Source: the human T2T-CHM13v2.0 reference genome, Homo sapiens. From it: a DNA stretch of 64,000 nt. Location: NCBI RefSeq assembly GCF_009914755.1, contig NC_060934.1. The stretch is one strand, 5' to 3'. The position numbers and the translations under genes were made by a program. The notes below the pieces were generated by a model. The model searched no databases. It saw only the letters and a program-made list of their open reading frames with translations, and had not been told where the DNA came from. This document shows positions 10,601 through 23,265 of the stretch, piece by piece; the first letter of the stretch is position 1; each line of letters opens with the position of its first letter.

Positions 10601-13600
10601 TCTTCATAGAGCAGTTCGGAAAGACTCTGTCTGTAAAGTCTGCAAGTGATTAGTTAGACCCCTTTGAGGCCTTCGTTGGAAGTGGGATTTCTCATTTACT
10701 GCTAGACAGAAGAATTCTCAGTAAATCCTTTGTGTTGTGTGTATTCAACTCACAGAGTGGAACCTTCCTTTATTCAGAGCAGTTTTGAAAAACACTTTTT
10801 GTGGAATTTGCAAGTGGAGATTTCAAGCGATTTGACGCCAATCTTAGACATGGAAATATCTTCATATTAAAAGTACACAGACTCATTCGTAGAAACTAGT
10901 TTGTGATGTGTGCCTTCAACTCACAGAGTTTAACCTTTCTTTTCATAGAGCAGTTTGGAAACACTCTATTTGTAAAGTCTGCAAGTGGATATTTGGACCT
11001 CTTTGAGGCCTTCTTTGGAAACGGGATTTCTTCATACAACGCTACACAGAAGAATTCTCAGTAACTTCTTTGTGTTGTGTGTATTCAACTCACAGAGTTG
11101 AACCTTTCTTTAGAGAGAGCAGAGTTGAAACACTCTGTTTTTGGAATTTGTAACTGCAGATTTCAAGCGATTCTAGGCCTATGGCAGAAAAGGAAATATC
11201 TTCGTATAAAAACTACACAGAATCATTCTCAACAACTACTTTGTGATGTGTGCGTTCAACTCACAGAGTTTAACCTTTCTTTTCATAGAGCAGTTTGGAA
11301 ACACTCTGTTTGTAAAGCCTGCAAGTGCTTTTTTGGACTTCATTGAGGCCTTCGTTGGAAACGGGATTTCTTCATATAATGCTAGACAGAAGAATTCTCA
11401 GTCACTTCTTTGTGTTGTGTGTATTCAAGTCACAGAGTTGAACCTTCCTTTAGACAGAGCAGTTTTGAAAAATTCTTTCTGTGGAATTTGCAAGTGGAGA
11501 TTTCAAGCGATTTGAGGCTAATCTTTGAAATGGAAATATCTTCGTGTAAAAACTACACAGAATCATTCTCAGAAACTGCTTTGTCATCTGTGCGTTCAGT
11601 TCACAGAGTTTCACCTTTCTCTTCATAGAGCAGTTTGGAAAGACTCTGTCTGTAAAGTCTGCAAGTGATTAGTTAGACCCCTTTGAGGCCTTCGTTGGAA
11701 GCGGGATTTCTCATTTACTGCTAGACAGAAGAATTCTCAGTAAATCCTTTGTGTTGTGTGTATTCAACTCACAGAGTGGAACCTTCCTTTATTCAGAGCA
11801 GTTTTGAAACACTCTTTTTGTGGAAGTTGCAAGTGGAGATTTCAAGCGATTTGACGCCAATCTTAGACATGGAAATATCTTCATATTAAAAGTACACAGA
11901 GTCATTCGTAGAAACTAGTTTGTGATGTGTGCCTTCAACTCACAGAGTTTAACCTTTCTCTTCATAGAGCAGTTGGGAAACACTCTATTTGTAAAGTCTG
12001 CAAGTGGATATTTGGACCTCTTTGAGGCCTTCGTTGGAAACGGGATTTCTTCATATAACGCTAGACAGAAGAATTCTCAGTAACTTCTTTGTGTTGTGTG
12101 TATTCAACTCACAGAGTTGAACCTTTCTTTAGAGGGAGCAGAGGTGAAACACTCTTTTTGTGGAATTTGCTAGTGTAGATTTCAAACGCTTCGAAGACAG
12201 TGATAGAAAAGGATATATCTTCGTATTAAAAGTAGACAAAATCATTCTCAGAAAACTCTTTGTGATGTGTGTGTTCAACTCACAGAGTTTAACCTTTCTT
12301 TAATCGAGCAGTTTGGAAATACACTCTTTGTAAGTCTGCAGGTGGATATTTGGCCCTCTTTGAGCCCTTCGTTGGAAACGGGATTTCCTCATATAATGCT
12401 AGACAGAAGAATTCTCAGTAACTTCTTTGTGTTGTTTGTATTCAACACACAGATTTGAACCTTCCTTTAGAGAGAGCAGATTTGAAACCCTCTTTTTTTG
12501 GAATTTGCAAGTGCAGATTTCAAGCGCTTCTAGGCATATGGCAGAAAAGGAAATATCTTCGTATAAAAACTACACAGAATCATTCTCAACAACTACTTTG
12601 TGATGTGTGCGTTCAACTCACAGAGGTTAACCTTTCTTTTCATAGAGCAGTTTGGAAACACTCTGTTTGTAAAGCCTGCAAGTGCTTTTTTGGACTTCAT
12701 TGAGGCCTTCGTTGGAAACGGGATTTCTTCATATAATGCTAGACAGAAGAATTCTCAGTCACTTCTTTGTGTTGTGTGTATTCAAGTCACAGAGTTGAAC
12801 CTTCCTTTAGACAGAGCAGTTTTGAAAAATTCTTTCTGTGGAGCTTGCAAGTGGAGATTTCCAGCGATTTGAGGCTAATCTTTGAAATGGAAATATCTTC
12901 GTGTAAAAACTACACAGAATCATTCTCAGAAACTGCTTTGTCATCTGTGCGTTCAGTTCACAGAGTTTCACCTTTCTCTTCATAGAGCAGTTTGGAAAGA
13001 CTCTGTCTGTAAAGTCTGCAAGTGATTAGTTAGACCCCTTTGAGGCCTTCGTTGGAAGCGGGATTTCTCATTTACTGCTAGACAGAAGAATTCTCAGTAA
13101 ATCCTTTCTGTTGTGTGTATTCAACTCACAGAGTGGAACCTTCCTTTATTCAGAGCAGTTTTGAAACACTCTTTTTGTGGAATTTGCAAGTGGAGATTTC
13201 AAGCGATTTGACGCCAATCTTAGACATGGAAATATCTTCATATTAAAAGTACACAGAGTCATTCGTAGAAACTAGTTTGTGATGTGTGCCTTCAACTCAC
13301 AGAGTTTAACCTTTCTTTTCATAGAGCAGTTGGGAAACACTCTATTTGTAAAGTCTGCAAGTGGATATTTGGACCTCTTTGAGGCCTTCGTTGGAAACGG
13401 GATTTCTTCATATAACGCTAGACAGAAGAATTCTCAGTAACTTCTTTGTGTTGTGTGTATTCAACTCACAGAGTTGAACCTTTCTTTAGAGGGAGCAGAG
13501 GTGAAACACTCTTTTTGTGGAATTTGCTAGTGTAGATTTCAAACGCTTCGAAGACAGTGATAGAAAAGGATATATCTTCGTATTAAAAGTAGACAAAATC

Positions 13601-16600
13601 ATTCTCAGAAAACTCTTTGTGATGTGTGTGTTCAACTCACAGAGTTTAACCTTTCTTTAATCGAGCAGTTTGGAAATACACTCTTTGTAAGTCTGCAGGT
13701 GGATATTTGGCCCTCTTTGAGCCCTTCGTTGGAAACGGGATTTCCTCATATAATGCTAGACAGAAGAATTCTCAGTAACTTCTTTGTGTTGTTTGTATTC
13801 AACACACAGATTTGAACCTTCCTTTAGAGAGAGCAGATTTGAAACCCTCTTTTTTTGGAATTTGCAAGTGCAGATTTCAAGCGCTTCTAGGCATATGGCA
13901 GAAAAGGAAATATCTTCGTATAAAAACTACACAGAATCATTCTCAACAACTAGTTTGTGATGCGTGCGTTCAACTCACAGAGTTTAACCTTTCTTTTCAT
14001 AGAGCAGTTTGGAAACACTCTGTAAAGCCTGCAAGTGCTTTTTTGGACTTCATTGAGGCCTTCGTTGGAAACGGGATTTCTTCATACAACGCTAGACAGA
14101 AGAATTCTCAGTAACTTCTTTGTGTTGTGTGTATTCAACTCACAGAGTTGAACCTTTCTTTAGAGAGAGCAGAGTTGAAACACTCTGTTTTTGGAATTTG
14201 CAAGTGCAGATTTCAAGCGATTCTAGGCCTATGGCAGAAAAGTAAATATCTTCGTATAAAAACTACACAGAATCATTCTCAACAACTACTTTGTGATGTG
14301 TGCGTTAAACTCCCAGAGTTTAACCTTTCTTTTCATAGAGCAGTTTGGAAACACTCTGTTTGTAAAGCCTGCAAGTGCTTTTTTGGACTTCATTGAGGCC
14401 TTCGTTGGAAACGGGATTTCTTCATATAATGCTAGACAGAAGAATTCTCAGTCACTTCTTTGTGTTGTGTGTATTCAAGTCACAGAGTTGAACCTTCCTT
14501 TATTCAGAGCAGTTTTGAAAAACACTTTTTGTGGAATTTGCAAGTGGAGATTTCAAGCGATTTGACGCCAATCTTAGACATGGAAATATCTTCATATTAA
14601 AAGTACACAGAGTCATTCGTAGAAACTAGTTTGTGATGTGTGCCTTCAACTCACAGAGTTTAACCTTTCTTTTCATAGAGCAGTTTGGAAACACTCTATT
14701 TGTAAAGTCTGCAAGTGGATATTTGGACCTCTTTGAGGCCTTCGTTGGAAACGGGATTTCTTCATATAACGCTAGACAGAAGAATTCTCAGTAACTTTTT
14801 TGTGTTGTGTGTATTCAACTCACAGAGTTGAACCTTTCTTTAGAGACAGCAGAGTTGAAACACTCTGTTTTTGGAATTTGCAACTGCAGATTTCAAGCAA
14901 TTCTAGGCCTATGGCAGAAAAGGAAATATCTTCATATAAAAACTACACAGAATCATTCTCAACAACTACTTTGTGATGTGTGCGTTCAACTCACAGAGTT
15001 TAACCTTTCTTTTCATAGAGCAGTTTGGAAACACTCTGTTTGTAAAGCCTGCAAGTGCTTATTTGGACTTCATTGAGGCCTTCGTTGGAAACGGGATTTC
15101 TTCATATAATGCTAGACAGAAGAATTCTCAGTCACTTCTTTGTGTTGTGTGTATTCAAGTCACAGAGTTGAACCTTCCTTTAGACAGAGCAGTTTTGAAA
15201 AATTCTTTCTGTGGAGTTTGCAAGTGGAGATTTCAAGCGATTTGAGGCTAATCTTTGAAATGGAAATATCTTCGTGTAAAAACTACACAGAATCATTCTC
15301 AGAAACTGCTTTGTCATCTGTGCGTTCAGTTCACAGAGTTTCACCTTTCTCTTCATAGAGCAGTTTGGAAAGACTCTGTCTGTAAAGTCTGCAAGTGATT
15401 AGTTAGACCCCTTTGAGGCCTTCGTTGGAAGCGGGATTTCTCATTTACTGCTAGACAGAAGAATTCTCAGTCAATCCTTTGTGTTGTGTGTATTCAACTC
15501 ACAGAGTGGAACCTTCCTTTATTCAGAGCAGTTTTGAAAAACACTTTTTGTGGAATTTGCAAGTGGAGATTTCAAGCGATTTGACGCCAATCTTAGACAT
15601 GGAAATATCTTCATATTAAAAGTACACAGAGTCATTCGTAGAAACTAGTTTGTGATGTGTGCCTTCAACTCACAGAGTTTAACCTTTCTTTTCATAGAGC
15701 AGTTTGGAAACACTCTATTTGTAAAGTCTGCAAGTGGATATTTGGACCTCTTTGAGGCCTTCGTTGGAAACGGGATTTCTTCATACAACGCTAGACAGAA
15801 GAATTCTCAGTAACTTCTTTGTGTTGTGTGTATTCAACTCACAGAGTTGAACCTTTCTTTAGAGAGAGCAGAGTTGAAACACTCTGTTTTTGGAATTTGC
15901 TACTGCAGATTTCAAGCGATTCTAGGCCTATGGCAGAAAAGGAAATATTTTCGTATAAAAACTACACAGAATCATTCTCAACAACTACTTTGTGATGTGT
16001 GCGTTCAACTCACAGAGTTTAACCTTTCTTTTCATAGAGCAGTTTGGAAACACTCTGTTTGTAAAGCCTGCAAGTGCTTTTTTGGACTTCATTGAGGCCT
16101 TCGTTGGAAACGGGATTTCTTCATATAATGCTAGACAGAAGAATTCTCAGTCACTTCTTTGTGTTGTGTGTATTCAAGTCACAGAGTTGAACCTTCCTTT
16201 AGACAGAGCAGTTTTGAAAAATTCTTTCTGTGGAATTTGCAAGTGGAGATTTCAAGCGATTTGAGGCTAATCTTTGAAATGGAAATATCTTCGTGTAAAA
16301 ACTACACAGAATCATTCTCAGAAACTGCTTTGTCATCTGTGCGTTCAGTTCACAGAGTTTCACCTTTCTCTTCATAGAGCAGTTTGGAAAGACTCTGTCT
16401 GTAAAGTCTGCAAGTGATTAGTTAGACCCCTTTGAGGCCTTCGTTGGAAGCGGGATTTCTCATTTACTGCTAGACAGAAGAATTCTCAGTAAATCCTTTG
16501 TGTTGTGTGTATTCAACTCACAGAGTGGAACCTTCCTTTATTCAGAGCAGTTTTGAAACACTCTTTTTGTGGAATTTGCAAGTGGAGATTTCAAGCGATT

Positions 16601-19600
16601 TGACGCCAATCTTAGACATGGAAATATCTTCATATTAAAAGTACACAGAGTCATTCGTAGAAACTAGTTTGTGATGTGTGCCTTCAACTCACAGAGTTTA
16701 ACCTTTCTTTTCATAGAGCAGTTGGGAAACACTCTATTTGTAAAGTCTGCAAGTGGATATTTGGACCTCTTTGAGGCCTTCGTTGGAAACGGGATTTCTT
16801 CATATAACGCTAGACAGAAGAATTCTCAGTAACTTCTTTGTGTTGTGTGTATTCAACTCACAGAGTTGAACCTTTCTTTAGAGGGAGCAGAGGTGAAACA
16901 CTCTTTGTGGAATTTGCTAGTGTAGATTTCAAACGCTTCGAAGACAGTGATAGAAAAGGATATATCTTCGTATTAAAAGTAGACAAAATCATTCTCAGAA
17001 AACTCTTTGTGATGTGTGTGTTCAACTCACAGAGTTTAACCTTTCTTTAATCGAGCAGTTTGGAAATACACTCTTTGTAAGTCTGCAGGTGGATATTTGG
17101 CCCTCTTTGAGCCCTTCTTTGGAAACGGGATTTCCTCTTATAATGCTAGACAGAAGAATTCTCAGTAACTTCTCTGTGTTGTTTGTATTCAACACACAGA
17201 TTTGAACCTTCCTTTAGAGAGAGCAGATTTGAAACACTCTGTTTTTGGAATTTGCAAGTGCAGATTTCAAGCGCTTCTAGGCCTATGGCAGAAAAGGAAA
17301 TATCTTCGTATAAAAACTACACAGAATCATTCTCAACAACTACTTTGTGATGTGTGCGTTCAACTCACAGAGTTTAACCTTTCTTTTCATAGAGCAGTTT
17401 GGAAACACTCTGTTTGTAAAGCCTGCAAGTGCTTTTTTGGACTTCATTGAGGCCTTCGTTGGAAACGGGATTTCTTCATACAACGCTAGACAGAAGAATT
17501 CTCAGTAACTTCTTTGTGTTGTGTGTATTCAACTCACAGAGTTGAACCTTTCTTTAGAGAGAGCAGAGTTGAAACACTCTGTTTTTGGAATTTGCAAGTG
17601 CAGATTTCAAGCGATTCTAGGCCTATGGCAGAAAAGGAAATATCTTCGTATAAAAACTACACAGAATCATTCTCAAAAACTACTTTGTGATCTGTGCGTT
17701 CAACTCACAGAGTTTAACCTTTCTTTTCATAGAGCAGTTTGGAAACACTCTGTTTGTAAAGCCTGCAAGTGCTTTTTTGGACTTCATTGAGGCCTTCGTT
17801 GGAAACGGGATTTCTTCATATAATGCTAGACAGAAGAATTCTCAGTCACTTCTTTGTGCTGTGTGTATTCAAGTCACAGAGTTGAACCTTCCTTTAGACA
17901 GAGCAGTTTTGAAAAATTCTTTCTGTGGAGTTTGCAAGTGGAGATTTCAAGCGATTTGAGGCTAATCTTTGAAATGGAAATATCTTCGTGTAAAAACTAC
18001 ACAGAATCATTCTCAGAAACTGCTTTGTCATCTGTGCGTTCATTTCACAGAGTTTCACCTTTCTCTTCATAGAGCAGTTTGGAAAGACTCTGTCTGTAAA
18101 GTCTGCAAGTGATTAGTTAGACCCCTTTGAGGCCTTCGTTGGAAGTGGGATTTCTCATTTACTGCTAGACAGAAGAATTCTCAGTAAATCCTTTGTGTTG
18201 TGTGTATTCAACTCACAGAGTGGAACCTTCCTTTATTCAGAGCAGTTTTGAAAAACACTTTTTGTGGAATTTGCAAGTGGAGATTTCAAGCGATTTGACG
18301 CCAATCTTAGACATGGAAATATCTTCATATTAAAAGTACACAGAGTCATTCGTAGAAACTAGTTTGTGATGTGTGCCTTCAACTCACAGAGTTTAACCTT
18401 TCTTTTCATAGAGCAGTTTGGAAACACTCTATTTGTAAAGTCTGCAAGTGGATATTTGGACCTCTTTGAGGCCTTCTTTGGAAACGGGATTTCTTCATAC
18501 AACGCTAGACAGAAGAATTCTCAGTAACTTCTTTGTGTTGTGTGTATTCAACTCACAGAGTTGAACCTTTCTTTAGAGAGAGCAGAGTTGAAACACTCTG
18601 TTTTTGGAATTTGTAACTGCAGATTTCAAGCGATTCTAGGCCTATGGCAGAAAAGGAAATATCTTCGTATAAAAACTACACAGAATCATTCTCAACAACT
18701 ACTTTGTGATGTGTGCGTTCAACTCACAGAGTTTAACCTTTCTTTTCATAGAGCAGTTTGGAAACACTCTGTTTGTAAAGCCTGCAAGTGCTTTTTTGGA
18801 CTTCATTGAGGCCTTCGTTGGAAACGGGATTTCTTCATATAATGCTAGACAGAAGAATTCTCAGTCACTTCTTTGTGTTGTGTGTATTCAAGTCACAGAG
18901 TTGAACCTTCCTTTAGACAGAGCAGTTTTGAAAAATTCTTTCTGTGGAATTTGCAAGTGGAGATTTCAAGCGATTTGAGGCTAATCTTTGAAATGGAAAT
19001 ATCTTCGTGTAAAAACTACACAGAATCATTCTCAGAAACTGCTTTGTCATCTGTGCGTTCAGTTCACAGAGTTTCACCTTTCTCTTCATAGAGCAGTTTG
19101 GAAAGACTCTGTCTGTAAAGTCTGCAAGTGATTAGTTAGACCCCTTTGAGGCCTTCGTTGGAAGCGGGATTTCTCATTTACTGCTAGACAGAAGAATTCT
19201 CAGTAAATCCTTTGTGTTGTGTGTATTCAACTCACAGAGTGGAACCTTCCTTTATTCAGAGCAGTTTTGAAACACTCTTTTTGTGGAATTTGCAAGTGGA
19301 GATTTCAAGCGATTTGACGCCAATCTTAGACATGGAAATATCTTCATATTAAAAGTACACAGAGTCATTCGTAGAAACTAGTTTGTGATGTGTGCCTTCA
19401 ACTCACAGAGTTTAACCTTTCTTTTCATAGAGCAGTTGGGAAACACTCTATTTGTAAAGTCTGCAAGTGGATATTTGGACCTCTTTGAGGCCTTCGTTGG
19501 AAACGGGATTTCTTCATATAACGCTAGACAGAAGAATTCTCAGTAACTTCTTTGTGTTGTGTGTATTCAACTCACAGAGTTGAACCTTTCTTTAGAGGGA

Positions 19601-20550
19601 GCAGAGGTGAAACACTCTTTTTGTGGAATTTGCTAGTGTAGATTTCAAACGCTTCGAAGACAGTGATAGAAAAGGATATATCTTCGTATTAAAAGTAGAC
19701 AAAATCATTCTCAGAAAACTCTTTGTGATGTGTGTGTTCAACTCACAGAGTTTAACCTTTCTTTAATCGAGCAGTTTGGAAATACACTCTTTGTAAGTCT
19801 GCAGGTGGATATTTGGCCCTCTTTGAGCCCTTCGTTGGAAACGGGATTTCCTCATATAATGCTAGACAGAAGAATTCTCAGTAACTTCTTTGTGTTGTTT
19901 GTATTCAACACACAGATTTGAACCTTCCTTTAGAGAGAGCAGATTTGAAACCCTCTTTTTTTGGAATTTGCAAGTGCAGATTTCAAGCGCTTCTAGGCAT
20001 ATGGCAGAAAAGGAAATATCTTCGTATAAAAACTACACAGAATCATTCTCAACAACTACTTTGTGATGTGTGCGTTCAACTCACAGAGGTTAACCTTTCT
20101 TTTCATAGAGCAGTTTGGAAACACTCTGTTTGTAAAGCCTGCAAGTGCTTTTTTGGACTTCATTGAGGCCTTCGTTGGAAACGGGATTTCTTCATATAAT
20201 GCTAGACAGAAGAATTCTCAGTCACTTCTTTGTGTTGTGTGTATTCAAGTCACAGAGTTGAACCTTCCTTTAGACAGAGCAGTTTTGAAAAATTCTTTCT
20301 GTGGAGTTTGCAAGTGGAGATTTCCAGCGATTTGAGGCTAATCTTTGAAATGGAAATATCTTCGTGTAAAAACTACACAGAATCATTCTCAGAAACTGCT
20401 TTGTCATCTGTGCGTTCAGTTCACAGAGTTTCACCTTTCTCTTCATAGAGCAGTTTGGAAAGACTCTGTCTGTAAAGTCTGCAAGTGATTAGTTAGACCC
20501 CTTTGAGGCCTTCGTTGGAAGCGGGATTTCTCATTTACTGCTAGACAGAA
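7660..20550 (+). repeat. Duplication with period 7463 bp (~7.7-13.1 kb vs ~15.1-20.5 kb)
   Basis: Same unit order 6-10-6-8 and shared variants: CAGTCAATCC, 2-bp deletion CACTCTTTGTGG (~9440/16903), GTGATCTGTG, GAAGTGGGA (~10681/18144), CTTCTTTGG in C (~11010/18473), CCCTCTTTTTTTGG. Ends approximate. Confidence 0.88.
14442..15121 (+). repeat. 4-mer variant with chimeric B/C dimer (680 bp)
   Basis: Starts B-type (CAGTCACTT, CAAGTCACAG), switches within GAACCTTCCTTTA (~14490-14502) to C-type (TTCAGAGCAG, GACGCCAATC, GTAC). Confidence 0.9.
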
Positions 20551-22587
20551 GAATTCTCAGTAAATCCTTTGTGTTGTGTGTATTCAACTCACAGAGTGGA
20601 ACCTTCCTTTATTCAGAGCAGTTTTGAAAAACACTTTTTGTGGAATTTGCAAGTGGAGATTTCAAGCGATTTGACGCCAATCTTAGACATGGAAATATCT
20701 TCATATTAAAAGTACACAGAGTCATTCGTAGAAACTAGTTTGTGATGTGTGCCTTCAACTCACAGAGTTTAACCTTTCTTTTCATAGAGCAGTTTGGAAA
20801 CACTCTATTTGTAAAGTCTGCAAGTGGATATTTGGACCTCTTTGAGGCCTTCGTTGGAAACGGGATTTCTTCATACAACGCTAGACAGAAGAATTCTCAG
20901 TAACTTCTTTGTGTTGTGTGTATTCAACTCACAGAGTTGAACCTTTCTTTAGAGAGAGCAGAGTTGAAACACTCTGTTTTTGGAATTTGCAAGTGCAGAT
21001 TTCAAGCGATTCTAGGCCTATGGCAGAAAAGGAAATATCTTCGTATAAAAACTACACAGAATCATTCTCAACAACTACTTTGTGATGTGTGCGTTCAACT
21101 CACAGAGTTTAACCTTTCTTTTCATAGAGCAGTTTGGAAACACTCTGTTTGTAAAGTCTGCAAGTGCTTTTTTGGACTTCATTGAGGCCTTCGTTGGAAA
21201 CGGGATTTCTTCATATAATGCTAGACAGAAGAATTCTCAGTCACTTCTTTGTGTTGTGTGTATTCAAGTCACAGAGTTGAACCTTCCTTTAGACAGAGCA
21301 GTTTTGAAAAATTCTTTCTGTGTAATTTGCAAGTGGAGATTTCAAGCGATTTGAGGCTAATCTTTGAAATGGAAATATCTTCGTGTAAAAACTACACAGA
21401 ATCATTCTCAGAAACTGCTTTGTCATCTGTGCGTTCATTTCACAGAGTTTCACCTTTCTCTTCATAGAGCAGTTTGGAAAGACTCTGTCTGTAAAGTCTG
21501 CAAGTGATTAGTTAGACCCCTTTGAGGCCTTCGTTGGAAGCGGGATTTCTCATTTACTGCTAGACAGAAGAATTCTCAGTAAATCCTTTGTGTTGTGTGT
21601 ATTCAACTCACAGAGTGGAACCTTCCTTTATTCAGAGCAGTTTTGAAACACTCTTTTTGTGGAATTTGCAAGTGGAGATTTCAAGCGATTTGACGCCAAT
21701 CTTAGACATGGAAATATCTTCATATTAAAAGTACACAGAGTCATTCGTAGAAACTAGTTTGTGATGTGTGCCTTCAACTCACAGAGTTTAACCTTTCTTT
21801 TCATAGAGCAGTTGGGAAACACTCTATTTGTAAAGTCTGCAAGTGGATATTTGGACCTCTTTGAGGCCTTCGTTGGAAACGGGATTTCTTCATATAACGC
21901 TAGACAGAAGAATTCTCAGTAACTTCTTTGTGTTGTGTGTATTCAACTCACAGAGTTGAACCTTTCTTTAGAGGGAGCAGAGGTGAAACACTCTTTTTGT
22001 GGAATTTGCTAGTGTAGATTTCAAACGCTTCGAAGACAGTGATAGAAAAGGATATATCTTCGTATTAAAAGTAGACAAAATCATTCTCAGAAAACTCTTT
22101 GTGATGTGTGTGTTCAACTCACAGAGTTTAACCTTTCTTTAATCGAGCAGTTTGGAAATACACTCTTTGTAAGTCTGCAGGTGGATATTTGGCCCTCTTT
22201 GAGCCCTTCGTTGGAAACGGGATTTCCTCATATAATGCTAGACAGAAGAATTCTCAGTAACTTCTTTGTGTTGTTTGTATTCAACACACAGATTTGAACC
22301 TTCCTTTAGAGAGAGCAGATTTGAAACACTCTGTTTTTGGAATTTGCAAGTGCAGATTTCAAGCGCTTCTAGGCCTATGGCAGTAAAGGAAATATCTTCG
22401 TATAAAAACTACACAGAATCATTCTCAACAACTACTTTGTGATGTGTGCGTTCAACTCACAGAGGTTAACCTTTCTTTTCATAGAGCAGTTTGGAAACAC
22501 TCTGTTTGTAAAGCCTGCAAGTGCTTTTTTGGACTTCATTGAGGCCTTCGTTGGAAACGAGATTTCTTCATATAATGCTAGACAGAA

Positions 22588-23265
22588 GAATTCTCAGTCA
22601 CTTCTTTGTGTTGTGTGTATTCAAGTCACAGAGTTGAACCTTCCTTTAGACAGAGCAGTTTTGAAAAATTCTTTCTGTGGAGTTTGCAAGTGGAGATTTC
22701 AAGCGATTTGAGGCTAATCTTTGAAATGGAAATATCTTCGTGTAAAAACTACACAGAATCATTCTCAGAAACTGCTTTGTCATCTGTGCGTTCAGTTCAC
22801 AGAGTTTCACCTTTCTCTTCATAGAGCAGTTTGGAAAGACTCTGTCTGTAAGTCTGCAAGTGATTAGTTAGACCCCTTTGAGGCCTTCGTTGGAAGCGGG
22901 ATTTCTCATTTACTGCTAGACAGAAGAATTCTCAGTAACTTCTTTGTGTTGTGTGTATTCAACTCACAGAGTTGAACCTTTCTTTAGAGAGAGCAGAGTT
23001 GAAACACTCTGTTTTTGGAATTTGCAAGTGCAGATTTCAAGCGATTCTAGGCCTATGGCAGAAAAGGAAATATCTTCATATAAAAACTACACAGAATCAT
23101 TCTCAACAACTACTTTGTGATCTGTGCGTTCAACTCACAGAGTTTAACCATTCTTTTCATAGAGCAGTTTGGAAACACTCTGTTTGTAAAGCCTGCAAGT
23201 GCTTTTTTGGACTTCATTGAGGCCTTCGTTGGAAACGGGATTTCTTCATATAATGCTAGACAGAA
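22588..23265 (+). repeat. 4-mer HOR variant (B-A*, 678 bp); also near 29393, 31428, 33463
   Basis: B anchors 22606 to 23284 = 678 bp. The B tail CATTTACTGCTAGACAGAAGAATTCTCAGTAA continues as CTTCTT (A*) instead of ATCCTT (C). Confidence 0.92.
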
